Shown piece after piece: positions 37,211-47,627 of a stretch of DNA of 54,705 nucleotides (positions are counted from its first letter, which is position 1; every line of letters begins with the position of its first letter). Origin of the DNA: Chromera velia (lineage: Eukaryota); the NCBI GenBank assembly GCA_018398765.1, contig JAHBMJ010000148.1, positions 1 to 54,705 on the forward strand. The letters are read 5' to 3'. The translations under genes were made by a program, and so were the position numbers. The notes below the pieces were generated by a model. It saw only the letters and a program-made list of their open reading frames with translations, searched no databases and had not been told where the DNA came from.

Positions 37211-40200
37211 GTGTGTGTGTGTGGAAGGAAATGTACGTGTGTGGAGTCTGCAGGTCCGAAAGCGGCACCCTGACATCGCGCAGTGGGAGGCGATGATGCG
37301 TCCGGAGTCACCTCAGGACAGGAAGAATTTTTTCTTTCTCAACCAGGTCTGTCCTGCATGTTGGTCGGGCCTGTCAGCTAAGGGAGACGACACAGAGAGA
37401 CAAAAGAACAGAAAAGAAAAGAAAAGAGGAGAAAAGAGAAGAAGTGTGATGGGGACTGCGGGTCAAAACGACATTTTGGTGCTTGGCAGCGAAATAAGTC
37501 CTTTTTGTGCGTCCGTTCAATCTGTTTGGGGGGCATGCGTGAGGAGGGCCGCCGGTATCGGAGAGTCGGGCCGAAGGCACGGGCTTAGACGTTGACCAAA
37601 ACTCTCTCGTTTCCTCATTTCTCCCTGCAGAACGAGATCAGAGCGCACGAAGACAGGATTACGGAGGTCGAGCAGGAGCTCATTGGCGAGACCAAGTTCG
37701 TCGTCGCCACCTGCGACTCTGCACATCTCCGCTCGTCTATGGCGGTACGTCTGCTTGTTGAGAGCAGGGAGTGACGTATGTTTAGTGCAAACATGAGGAG
37801 GCACATCGATTCTAGACCCGATTGAAACAACGTACAAAGTCCGAGATTCACTCAAAAGCACATAGACACACAGACAGATACAAAAAGAGAGAAAACAAGA
37901 GAGAAAGGGCGGGCGAGGGGCAGTGAAAACCTATTGGTGAAAAACTAACTGTGTAGAGTCTCTTCCCCCGTCCCGGTGGAAAACGCTCACATGCAAACCT
38001 GCCAGTCTCCTGAAGAGGCCTGCGGCTCGAGAAGTAGAAGAGTTTGAAAAGGAGAAGCAATTGATTTAGATTGGCTGACTGACAGATCCCTTTCCCCTTT
38101 TCCCTTCTCTAAGATTGAACGCGAACATTCCCTTACCTAACGCTAGAAGTATCCGCAACTGGATACGAATGGCGATCATGGCGCGTCATGGTCATAGTCA
38201 CCCCCCCTGAATCTCTCAGACCGAGTCCTTTGAAACTGTCATCGTCGACGAGGCCGCACAGGCAGCGGAGGTCGATGTGGTCCTGTGCTGTCTCAAGGCA
38301 ACAGAGCGCATTGTCTTGGTCAGTCTTATCTTTCTTTCTCTTGATCGTTGGCCTTCTTCCTCTTTCCAGTTTGTCTTTATTTCTCATCAATGTGTATCAA
38401 CGGAAGGGCTGGCGAGAACATGGAAGATTGGAGGGCAAAAATGGTGCTGTGTTTCGCTTCAACTTCACCCTCTCAAATCAGAAACGAGGAGAGGCTATGT
38501 TGACCCAATGTCCTTTGTGCCCTCTTCTTCGTTTTCCCCTCAGTCAACCGCTTTCGTTTCGTCACACTTCATCACTCTATGTCGGTAAGCAAGACCTGAC
38601 TGCAGGCACTTTCTTTCATCATGCATGTGGAAAGAATCTGACTGACTCCGTCCTTGCCTGCAGGTGGGAGATCACCAGCAGCTGGGTCCTGTGGTGACGG
38701 AGAGGAATCTTCTCCCAGGAGTCTACAGGGCGCTCTCCCAGTCTCTGTTCGAGAGGATTTTCGAGGACGGAGGGCAGGGGCAGCCGCCGAAGAAAGGGGA
38801 CAACAAACGGCACCTGCTTCATGCACCGGAAGAGGAGAGGGAAAAGAGAGTAGATGTCCACAAGAGCCTGGTTCCGCACATCACTCTGAGGAAGCAGTAC
38901 AGAATGCACCCTGCAATTCGGGAATTTCCTTCCAGAGAATTCTACGCAAAGCAACTGAAGGACTCGGAGGAAATTGAGACCATGAAGGTCGGTCAGGCTT
39001 GTAGAGAACTTCTTTCGAGACGACTGACTTATTGTGTTCCCTCTCTTCGCTTTTTGCACTTCTTTTTCTCTTCATGCCTCCGATCTATTCGCTTTCTTAC
39101 CGTTAATACATGTTTTCTTCGTGTCCTTTCTTCCGGCTCGCATTCCACCCACCTTTCTCTTTTTCCGATAAGCTGATTTTCGCTCTGCAATGTCTTTGCG
39201 GCAGCCCCCGGAAAGCTTCATCCTCCTCTAGGAATGATCGACATTTTGTTGTACCCTCCCTGTCCGCCTGCTTGCCTGCCTGCTCGTGTGCGTGTGCGTG
39301 TCTGTCTGTCTGCTCGCTGAACATTCGAATGATCTGTGTGTGTGCAGCTCCTGGGGGACGACTCGGAAGTCTTCCCCTGGCCTGCCGGTCCCGACTGCCC
39401 AATTTTGTTCTGTGACGTGCGCTGTGCCCACAAAACCTACCAGGTCGGTCTGTCTGACGGGTACTGTCCGCAGAACACTTTTTCTAACGGCGTTGTGTTT
39501 TGGGAAAGAGGGATCGAGTTTTTTGGCCCACAAAACAATTACACAAAGACAAATAGGAGCACACAGTGTGTTGCAATTTCCAGGAACAGCAGTATGCAAC
39601 ACTCCCAAACAGCAGAGATTGGGAATTAGTTTTCTTTGTGCAGAAGGAACGAAGAACAAATTTCTTTGTTGCCGCGATTTGCACTTTGGACCATTTGTTT
39701 GTTCTCAATCCCAACAGCCGCAGAGGTTGGATGTTCGCGATCAGGACTGTTTGTCTTCTCTCTCTCTCTCTCTCTCTCTCTCTGGTTCAGTCTTGCGTTT
39801 ACACCTCGTTTGGATGTTGATGGGTTGATTGGATCGCAGTGGGTGACTCTGTTTCTTTGGCCTCAGTTTATTCTGAATTCCCTTCGTTGGTTTTTGTGTT
39901 GACTTAATTCCCTCCCTTAATTCTGTTCCGTTCCATTCGATCTCGCATGCAGAGTGCGCGGGAGGGGGACACGGAGGGACAGGCGGGGGCGTCAACTGGT
40001 CTCTCCACGAAATGCGTTGCCTTCTCTCTGGTCAATCAAGGTTGGTCAGTTGATTGACTGTCAGGGCGGGGAGCGAGCAGAGCGGCAGGACGAACTCTGA
40101 GCAGGTACCCTCATGTAAAGGAATTTCATCGAGTGGAGCGCTCTGTGCCTTTATTTTCGTTTTGTCTGTGCTTGACGAGTGGTTAGGGGCTTCGCATAGG

Positions 40201-43200
40201 TTGGGGTATGACGCTTTTTGTCCAAAGATATGTCTGTCTGTCTATCTCGCTGTTTCGAAGGAGGTAGGATGCAATGCAACGAGACAGCACTCTTACTTTT
40301 GACATTTTCTCTCAGAATCTCCTTTGCATGTGAGGCTTCCCCTCGATGCTGACACTCTGCTTCAGTCGATGAGCCCTGATTCACTTTGATTTCTTTCATG
40401 TGGCTGTCTGGTTTTTTTTTTTTTACCCAATAACTCCCGTTGAACAATATGCTTGGGACCCTCCACTCGACTGCGTGCAGGGGAAATCCACATGGTTCTC
40501 AAGTCAGTAGTCTCTTTCTTGATCACGTTTTCTTTCTGCTTCTCTTCCTTCCTTCCCTGAGTCGATCGATCGATCGATCCGTTCTCTCTGTCCTGCCTTG
40601 ACCCTGTGCCTGCATGCCGTCTTTCTTGTGGTGTATGTGCCCTTCCCCCTCTCTATGCTCGTCCCTTGGAACGTCAACAAACCCTCCCCGTTTGATCTTC
40701 GACTCTGCCTCTCACATTCCTGCGACTCCTTTAGCTCGAGTTCCTTCCCCTCTCTTTCTTCTCTCCCTGCAGGTGCTACAAGTACCTCCTCGCCAAGGGG
40801 ATACTTCCCAGGCAAATGGCAATTTTGACGCCCTACAAGGCACAAGCGGTTCGGATCCGTTTTCTTCTGGAGCAACACGCAGAGCAGGCACGTCACGTCA
40901 GAATGGGGCAGGCAGGGGATCGTGCACGCAGCAGCCAATCCTGTCAGATTGATGCGGCCGATTTTGTTCAGCTGACACTTCGAGCTACGAACCAGAGGGG
41001 TGTGGTGCTGATTGGATAAAACCTCAAAACGCCCCGCCCCTGCATCCGCATGCCTTTGCCTCTTCTCCTTCAGATGTTCCATTCTTCCTGTATATTTTCT
41101 ATTTGTGTATGCTTGCAGAACGGCCTCGCTTTGAGTCTGTATTGTATTGTATTATTGTATTTTATTATTGTGTATGTTTGTTTACTCTTCCTGTGTTTTT
41201 GTGTGGGCATGCTTGCAGAACGGTCTCGGTTTGAGTCTGGGAGAGTCCGGAGAGGAGATTCTTCCCGTCGTGGGGACTGTTCACGCTTTGCAGGTACCTC
41301 GGTGTGAACGGGAGGGGACGGGGGAGAGGTTTTAGCGTTTTTTTGTGTTGGTGTCCTTCTGCTTGTCTCGCTTCTTGGTCTGTGAGTACGACTGCTCGAC
41401 TGAGTCACTTTGCTGTTTCTTCACCACAGGTGCTCGGTCGGAAAGCAAGATAGATCGTTTGGTACTTTCATGTCGGTGCATGTTTGGTTTGATGAGTTTG
41501 TTGCAGGGCATGGAAAGGGAGTACGTGTTGCTGTCGTTTGTACGGTCATTCTCGGAAGGAGAGCTTGCGTCGGGGTGCTACCATGAACTCGGGCTGCCGG
41601 CAGAGCTGCTGGCGTCGGGGGGGTCCGGGAGGGACGGGGTGGGGCTGCCTCGGCAGAAGGGGGGTGAGAGGGTGTTCAGGGAAGTTGTTCGGAGAATGAT
41701 GAAGACGTCTCTCGGGTTCCTGTCCAACCATAGGTCGGGGGGAGGGGGGTGCTTGTCTGTTGTTTTCTGTGTAAGCAGGAGCATGTATCTACCTTCTCAC
41801 GCACGCACGGGAGGCTCGGTATGTCTTCATCCGAGGGATTCGGAAGGAGGCATACTGATGGCTTGATCGAGCACATGTATGTTTGCGTCTGTGTGTGTGT
41901 CTGTATTTGGATGTGTGTGCAGGATTTTAAATGTGTGTCTGACGAGAGCCCGACGAGGCCTGATGTTGTTCGGGAACGCGACCGTTCTCTCTGCAGACTC
42001 TTCTCTGGAACGCTTGGTCTGTCGGTCTGTCGGTCGAAAGGACAAGAGTGCTTCCTGCAGGGTTGGAAAGGTCTTGTGTTTGGGAGGACTATTCTTCTGT
42101 CGAATATTCGGACGTGGGTGTCGCTGGGTCTGTGAGAAAAAAATCCCATTTGGGTGAATTTTGGGGAGTTTGAAATTTCCGATCCATCTGTACTCTTTCT
42201 GTCTCCAACTCCCTTTTTTTGTTTATCGGCGAGCCGGCGACAGACCGTCAGCACACGCTCACATGCCAAAATACGAGATGAGAGAGCCTTTTTTCTGCCT
42301 GATTCATTCACAAAATGAGTGCGAGGTGCTTGAACGACTGAATGAATGGGTGTGGGTGAGTGCAGGTTCAACACTTCAGGAAGAAAAAGGCGTTGATGCT
42401 GTCAAGTGCCCTGGAGAGAGAGTTGATCAGACAGGACAACGCGAGCGGACTCGGAAAGGCTACAGTAAAGCTGCAAAGGGAGAGGGAGAGACTCGAAGCA
42501 GAGAGGGCGGGCAGGGCAGTGGCAGGCAGCGGGGGGGGGTTCCCGATGGACCGGGACAGAGACCAGCTTGCGAGTTTGTTCTCTGCAGGGGCGTCTCTAT
42601 CTGTGTTTGCGTCTCCGGACGAAGTGAATGGGAATGTGAACGGGCAGGGGGGGAAGGAAGCCGGGGGCATAGAGGACATGTCGGATTTGGAGCGTGCGTG
42701 GGGGGATATTTGGGATGAGGCCGGGGGAGAGGGAGGGAACGACCCCGCATTCAGAGGAAGTCAAGTAAGTCGATGCACCCGGCCGCCGATACGCTGAAGA
42801 CGCGATTGAAAGACTTCTTCTGTCCTTTTTCCTTGCATTGAAACAGCTTTGCGAAGGGCATGGATGGGGGATGGTCTGCGGTACTCGCATCATCTTCTCC
42901 TCTGGTCTGACTCCCTTTTTCGTCGTCGCCGCTCTACACAAACCAAAGCGTCCCTTGCCATACACCGTCAGCGTCAATCACCAACATCATGTGCGTCTGT
43001 TTGCTCCCTCTCTCTCTCTGTGTGTGTGTGGGTGCACAGGGGGACCAGAGGACGGGAAGAGACGGGACCGGACTGGGGCCTCCATCCATCGCAGATGTGT
43101 CACAATCGCAATCGCAACTCATGTCGGGGCGTCAGAGCGAGGTCTGTCCGCCCTGTGTCTCTGTCTCTGATTTTCTCTTTTTGGTTCGTCCTGCTTTACC

Positions 43201-43724
43201 GACGAGAAAAATCAGAATCAGTAGTCTCTATTTGCATTTCTGCAAAATGGCAACACGATGGCATTTCTGTTGATTGCAGCGAGGGAGCTCGTTCCGCTCG
43301 CAAAAATCTCATTTTGAAATCTGCGCGTGTTCCTCTTTTTGTGTTTCGGTTCTTGCTGTTTTCTTTCTTTTAGGTGGACTCAGGCAGTGAGTTTGACTTT
43401 GAGTCTTCTGATGAGGAGGAGGACCCGCACGGAGCTGGGGGCAAGGGGAGAGGAAACGGGGGGTTCTCTGGGGGAGTCGTTGGGGGGTTGTCCTCGAATT
43501 TCGATAATTTCAGGTGGATGGGTGGGTGGGTGGGTGGGGATCGCACGTTTTCCTTCCTTTTCTCTTTGGTGGGGATGCACGAGACAGCGTCGGAGGGAAA
43601 CGAAGGGAGAGGGAGGCAAAAACTGTTTATGTCTATCACTATCACTTTCAAGTGCTCGGACTGCATTGGCTCACATTTGGTACTGTTCACTTCTGCTGAT
43701 GGAGGGATCCGTCTTTTCAAGTCA

Positions 43725-43763
<39 letters not shown>

Positions 43764-43800
43764 TCCCTCTCCCCCCCCCTCTCTCTCTGTCTGTCTGCCC

Positions 43801-43840
<40 letters not shown>

Positions 43841-46800
43841 ATCCGTCAATGTATCTTCCTCAAGCTGTATCTATTTGTCCGTATCTCTGCTTGTGCGTTT
43901 GTCCCACCGCCTTTCTCCCTGATTCACTCTCTCCTACCCTCTTCTGCTCCTCCCTCCCTCCCTCCCTCCCTCCCTCCCTCCCTCCCTCAGGGACCCGTTG
44001 GCAAACACCGCACAGGGGGAGGGGGAGTTCACATTCCAGAGAAAGAAGGGGAGGGGAAGAGGGAGGGGAGGAGGGGGGGGAAGAACAGGGGTTGTGGCTT
44101 CAGGGCTGCCTCCCCAGTCTCCGCCCTTCGCCCCGGTATCCCGCACGTCGGCGTCTGGAGAGGGAAGACGGAAGGCCCCTCAAGCCCCCACGCCCTCCCC
44201 ACCTGCACCAAGCAGAGTCAATCCAGGAGTTCCAAATCGCATACAAGAGGAGCGAGCAGGACTGCGTCGAAACGAGGAGGACTACGATGACTGGGCTCCT
44301 CCCGTACCTCCTTCTCGGAAGGATATGAGAAGCGAATTCAGTCCTTCTCCCCCTCCCCCCCAAAATCAACAGAACCACGGTGCTTACAGAGAAAGAAACG
44401 GAGGGGGGGGGAGGGGGCGAGGTGGGTTGCCTTCCCCTCCGGGATTTGAGCAAGCCCCCGGCATGGACTTTGTATCCTCCTCCCCTCTGGAGACGCCCAC
44501 TAGGGGCCCCTCCGGACCCCCTCGAGGCCCCACCGCCTCCACCTTCCCCTCCTCGAGTTCTCGCACAGACAGAGAAAGGGGGGGTATGTATCCACATGGA
44601 GGGAGAGACATACATGAGTACGGGCAGTACTCTGGCAGTCACAGTCCGTATGATCATGGTGGTAGAAGGGGGAGGGGAGACGGGGGGGAGTTCAGGGGGG
44701 GCATGCAGGGACCGGGTTCTCCCTTCTCAGGAGGAGGCGACGAGGAGCATCTCTGGAGAGGGACCGCACCGTCCCCACAGCCGCCGCCGCCTCCTCCCCC
44801 CCCTCCCCCACCGCCTGGACCCCCTCCCCGGCTACAGCAGCCGCCGCAGCAACAACAAGCGAATGGAGAGCCTCCACAGTCCTGCCACCTGTGCCCTCAG
44901 CCTCTGGGGCTCTCACGAGAGTCCCAGAAAGCCCAACTTTGCCTCAGTTGTCTGACGGAAATGAGAGACGAGTGGGAGTCAGTCAAGAGACAGGCAGGCA
45001 GGAAGGAAGGTGACTCAGAGAGAAGAGGTGTGCACCAATCAATTTACATGCGTACACATGCCTTCCGGTTTTCTTGAATGTTCTTTTTCTTTCGTCACAG
45101 TTCCCTCCAGGAGTACCAGATTCTTGCCTACTGTGTGAGACGCAGGCCGGCTCTTGAACCCACCGGCATGTGCTGCCGGGGGAATTGAGCGACAGACAGG
45201 GGAAACCTTAGGGAAGGGAAAAGGGACAGAAGAAGACCTGTGTGTCTTTTGGTCTGCACATGTGCTGTGACTGTAGCTGCACTTTGTCTCCCGTGTCAGT
45301 CCTCGCTTTCAAACGCAATGATATGAATGTCTACCGGCTTTCTGGCTGTTCTTTGCCGAACAGCGACAGAGTGACACTTGCTTCCTTTGTCTTCTGAATG
45401 CTTCCTGTTGCTTGCATGGCGCTTTTCACAGCTGGATGATAGAGCAACTGGCATCGGACGAGTGCTTGCCCTTCCTCGGAAATCCTCTTCTTCTCTTTTG
45501 CTCTAAGCTCTATCAGGGGGTCAGTCAGTCAGTCAGGGCTAGGGGGGGCTGTGTACTTGGGTGATTTCCCTCCCTCGTGAAACGATCGGCTGCACGATTC
45601 AGCCCTTTTGGCTGGCAGGAATGCCAACGTGGAAGTCTCCAGAGGACTTGAGGGACTTCTCAAGGACAGATGAAACATCATGTTTTTTTCTGTGAGATAC
45701 CTGAATTTTGCGTGGTGCTCCTTTCCTCTCTCCTCTCCTCTCCTCTCCTCTCCTCTCCTTTTACTCGTAGGCTTTTTCTCTACGTTTTATCAGACAAATA
45801 AATGAATGAAGCAATGCGTAAATGGACAAGAATGCATGATGCTGGCATGTATGGACAAGTGAAAACACTTGAACGTCAAATAACAACCGCAGCGGCTCTC
45901 CTTCTACTCCGACGCTCACGCGGGCGGAGACCCCAAAGGGAGGACGCGTTGGGCTGTGGCGATGGCTCGGTATCTCATCTTTGCGCAGGTCGGTTGGTGT
46001 CAGTCGAAATTCTTTTGTCTTTTCCTTTTCTCGCAAGCTGCGGTTGCTCGCAGATTGGCTGACCCCTCTGGCGCTCGCCTTTCTCCCTGCATGGAGGCTT
46101 GTTATCCCTCAGAGTGCTGCGGAAACAAACCCAGAGGGTCGCTGCCCAATTTCTTTTTTCGGAAGTTTTCTGAATGGCCCATTTCCCGTGGGCGCTTGTG
46201 GTCCTTCCACGACGGGGGCGCTTCTTCAATGTTTCCCTTTGTGTGCAATTGAGTACATCTGTCCGTCTGTCTGTCCTGTCTGCGTTGATACAGGAAGTGG
46301 ATTTGTTCGCAGAAGATGCAGAAGGAAATACCTGTGGTCAGTCTGCAGGCCTCTCTGCACGAAGCCATGAGTCGTCTGTGAGTCTGAATGACAGATCTTT
46401 CTTCTTCTGTATTCATGTTCCTTGTCTCGGCTCTTGTGTAAATGAAAAGAAGAACAAAATAGGAGAAAGGCGCACTGAGTGGCCCTGTCGTCGCTCTTGG
46501 AGAAATTCTTCGAATCCATCGCCTAGATAAAGAGAGGATAAAGAACTAAGATAGTCTGTGTCCTGCCATGCCTGCCGGCCTTGTTGGAAAGGGGCCTCGC
46601 GTCTCCGTCAGAGGTTCATCTCGTTTCGTTCTCTCCTTCTCGCTTTGTACAAGTGTCCGGGACAGCCCTACAGAGAAGACCGTCTACAGAGAGATGTTTG
46701 CCGGGTCCAAATGTCTGTCCCTTTTCGCCCAGGTTTCTGGTTCTTGTAAAAAAGTTCCGACTCTTCTTTTGACTCTTCGTTGTCATTCTAAGCTGCTTCT

Positions 46801-47507
46801 TTTTGCTTTTCTGCCCCTTACTCCTTTCCTGCTTGCATTTCTCGCTTGCTCGCTTACTTGCTTTGTTGTTTTATTGGTCGCTCTCTTGATGGATGCAGTG
46901 ACGCTCTGCGTGAGGGATCATTCACTCCTCGCAGCCCTTGCGCTGATCAAATGCGGTCAGTGGGCGTGACCTGTGTTCAATTCGTCGCAGCCAAGTTTTG
47001 TCTGGCTATCCCGAAATACCGAAACAGATGAGAATGAGCCGATACAGTTTTCTTTCTGAATGATGGAATGAATGCGGTGAGAGAGCCTCCTTGGAAGTGG
47101 GGGAGAAGGGAGTCAGCGGGCAGTCTGTGAATTGATGGGTGAGTCGGGGATACAGAGAGTGCTTTGATGGATGCAAAGAACAGTGAAGTAGCAGCCCGCC
47201 TTTGCATGGATGATTGCCTTTCCCCGTTTGCTCGCACACACGTCAGTCTTTTTTTATTTGGTGTCCGTTGACTTTGAGTGAGCCTGTTGTCAGAGCCTTG
47301 TCTGGCTCTGGCTGCTTGCTGGCCTGGCTGTTTCACGCCTTCTTCCTGCTTGATTCGCCCTCAAACGATATATTGTCCTTCCTTCTGTCCTCTCTTCCTG
47401 TCGGTTGTCCTTCCTTCCTTCCTATCTCCTGCATGGCTCGATCAATCCTCTCTGCAGACGTCCCATTCGACCACGAGAACATGAAAGCCCTTGGAGTTGC
47501 CAGCTGA
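20403..47507 (+). CDS. Giant RNB (RNase II/Dis3-like) plus UPF1-like SF1B RNA helicase fusion with CCCH zinc finger (HELZ2-like), ~3000 aa, >50 exons
   Basis: Exon chaining yields, in order: OB motifs [13 protein letters not shown] and FIPLQTEFPSI...[16 protein letters not shown] motifs [65 protein letters not shown] and [15 protein letters not shown]; helicase motifs [75 protein letters not shown] and [12 protein letters not shown]. Junctions near 21.2, 28.4-28.9 and 40.9 kb are unresolved. The 3' end is uncertain: alternative stops at 45077 or 45188 apply if the last exons are not joined. Confidence 0.85.
20890..21100. repeat. (GACA)n/(GACC)n compound tetranucleotide microsatellite in intron 1
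   Basis: acagacagacag...accgaccgaccg, read directly. Confidence 0.95.
21477..23760 (+). other. Dis3-type cold-shock/OB domains (CSD1-CSD2) of the fusion protein
   Basis: Exons 21477-21532 ([18 protein letters not shown], cf. Dis3-family NRAxxGDxVxV), 21802-21868, 22303-22426, 22949-23000, 23284-23429 and the start of 23697 ([13 protein letters not shown], cf. IxxWxxxSxYPxG). Confidence 0.75.
24262..30230 (+). other. RNB (RNase II catalytic-fold) domain exons
   Basis: Canonical motif order from RKDFR...IDPPGC (24268-24340) to TSPIRR|YVDLI (29938-29954/30188-). Exons 24705-24908, 25488-25719, 25955-26068, 26267-26364, 26790-26868 and 27024-27194 are all phase-consistent. Confidence 0.9.
33901..34317 (+). 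other. CCCH zinc finger (C-x8-C-x8-C-x3-H) split by an intron
   Basis: Exons 33834-33920 and 34239-34386 join to give [33 protein letters not shown], cf. the TIS11/TTP pattern KTELC...C...CxFAHGxxEL. Confidence 0.8.
35675..42016 (+). other. UPF1-like superfamily 1B helicase core (AAA_11/AAA_12-type)
   Basis: Walker A GPPGTG|KS across 35870/36122, DEAAQ at 38247, GDHQQL at 38667, QYRMHP, FPWP, micro-exon 40481-40502, and motif VI exon 41923-42016. Confidence 0.92.
45893..47507 (+). other. Ankyrin-like repeat exons at the probable C-terminus
   Basis: Phase-consistent exons 45893-45988, 46294-46336, 46899-46955 and 47458-47507 give [53 protein letters not shown], cf. ankyrin DxxGxTPLHLAxxxGxxxxVxxLLxxGADVN. 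Confidence 0.5.
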
Positions 47508-47587
47508 TCTCTCTCTCTCTCTCTCTCTCTCTGTTTGTCTCTCTGTCTCTGTCTCTCTCTCTGTTTGTCTCTCTGTCTCTCTCTCTG

Positions 47588-47627
<40 letters not shown>

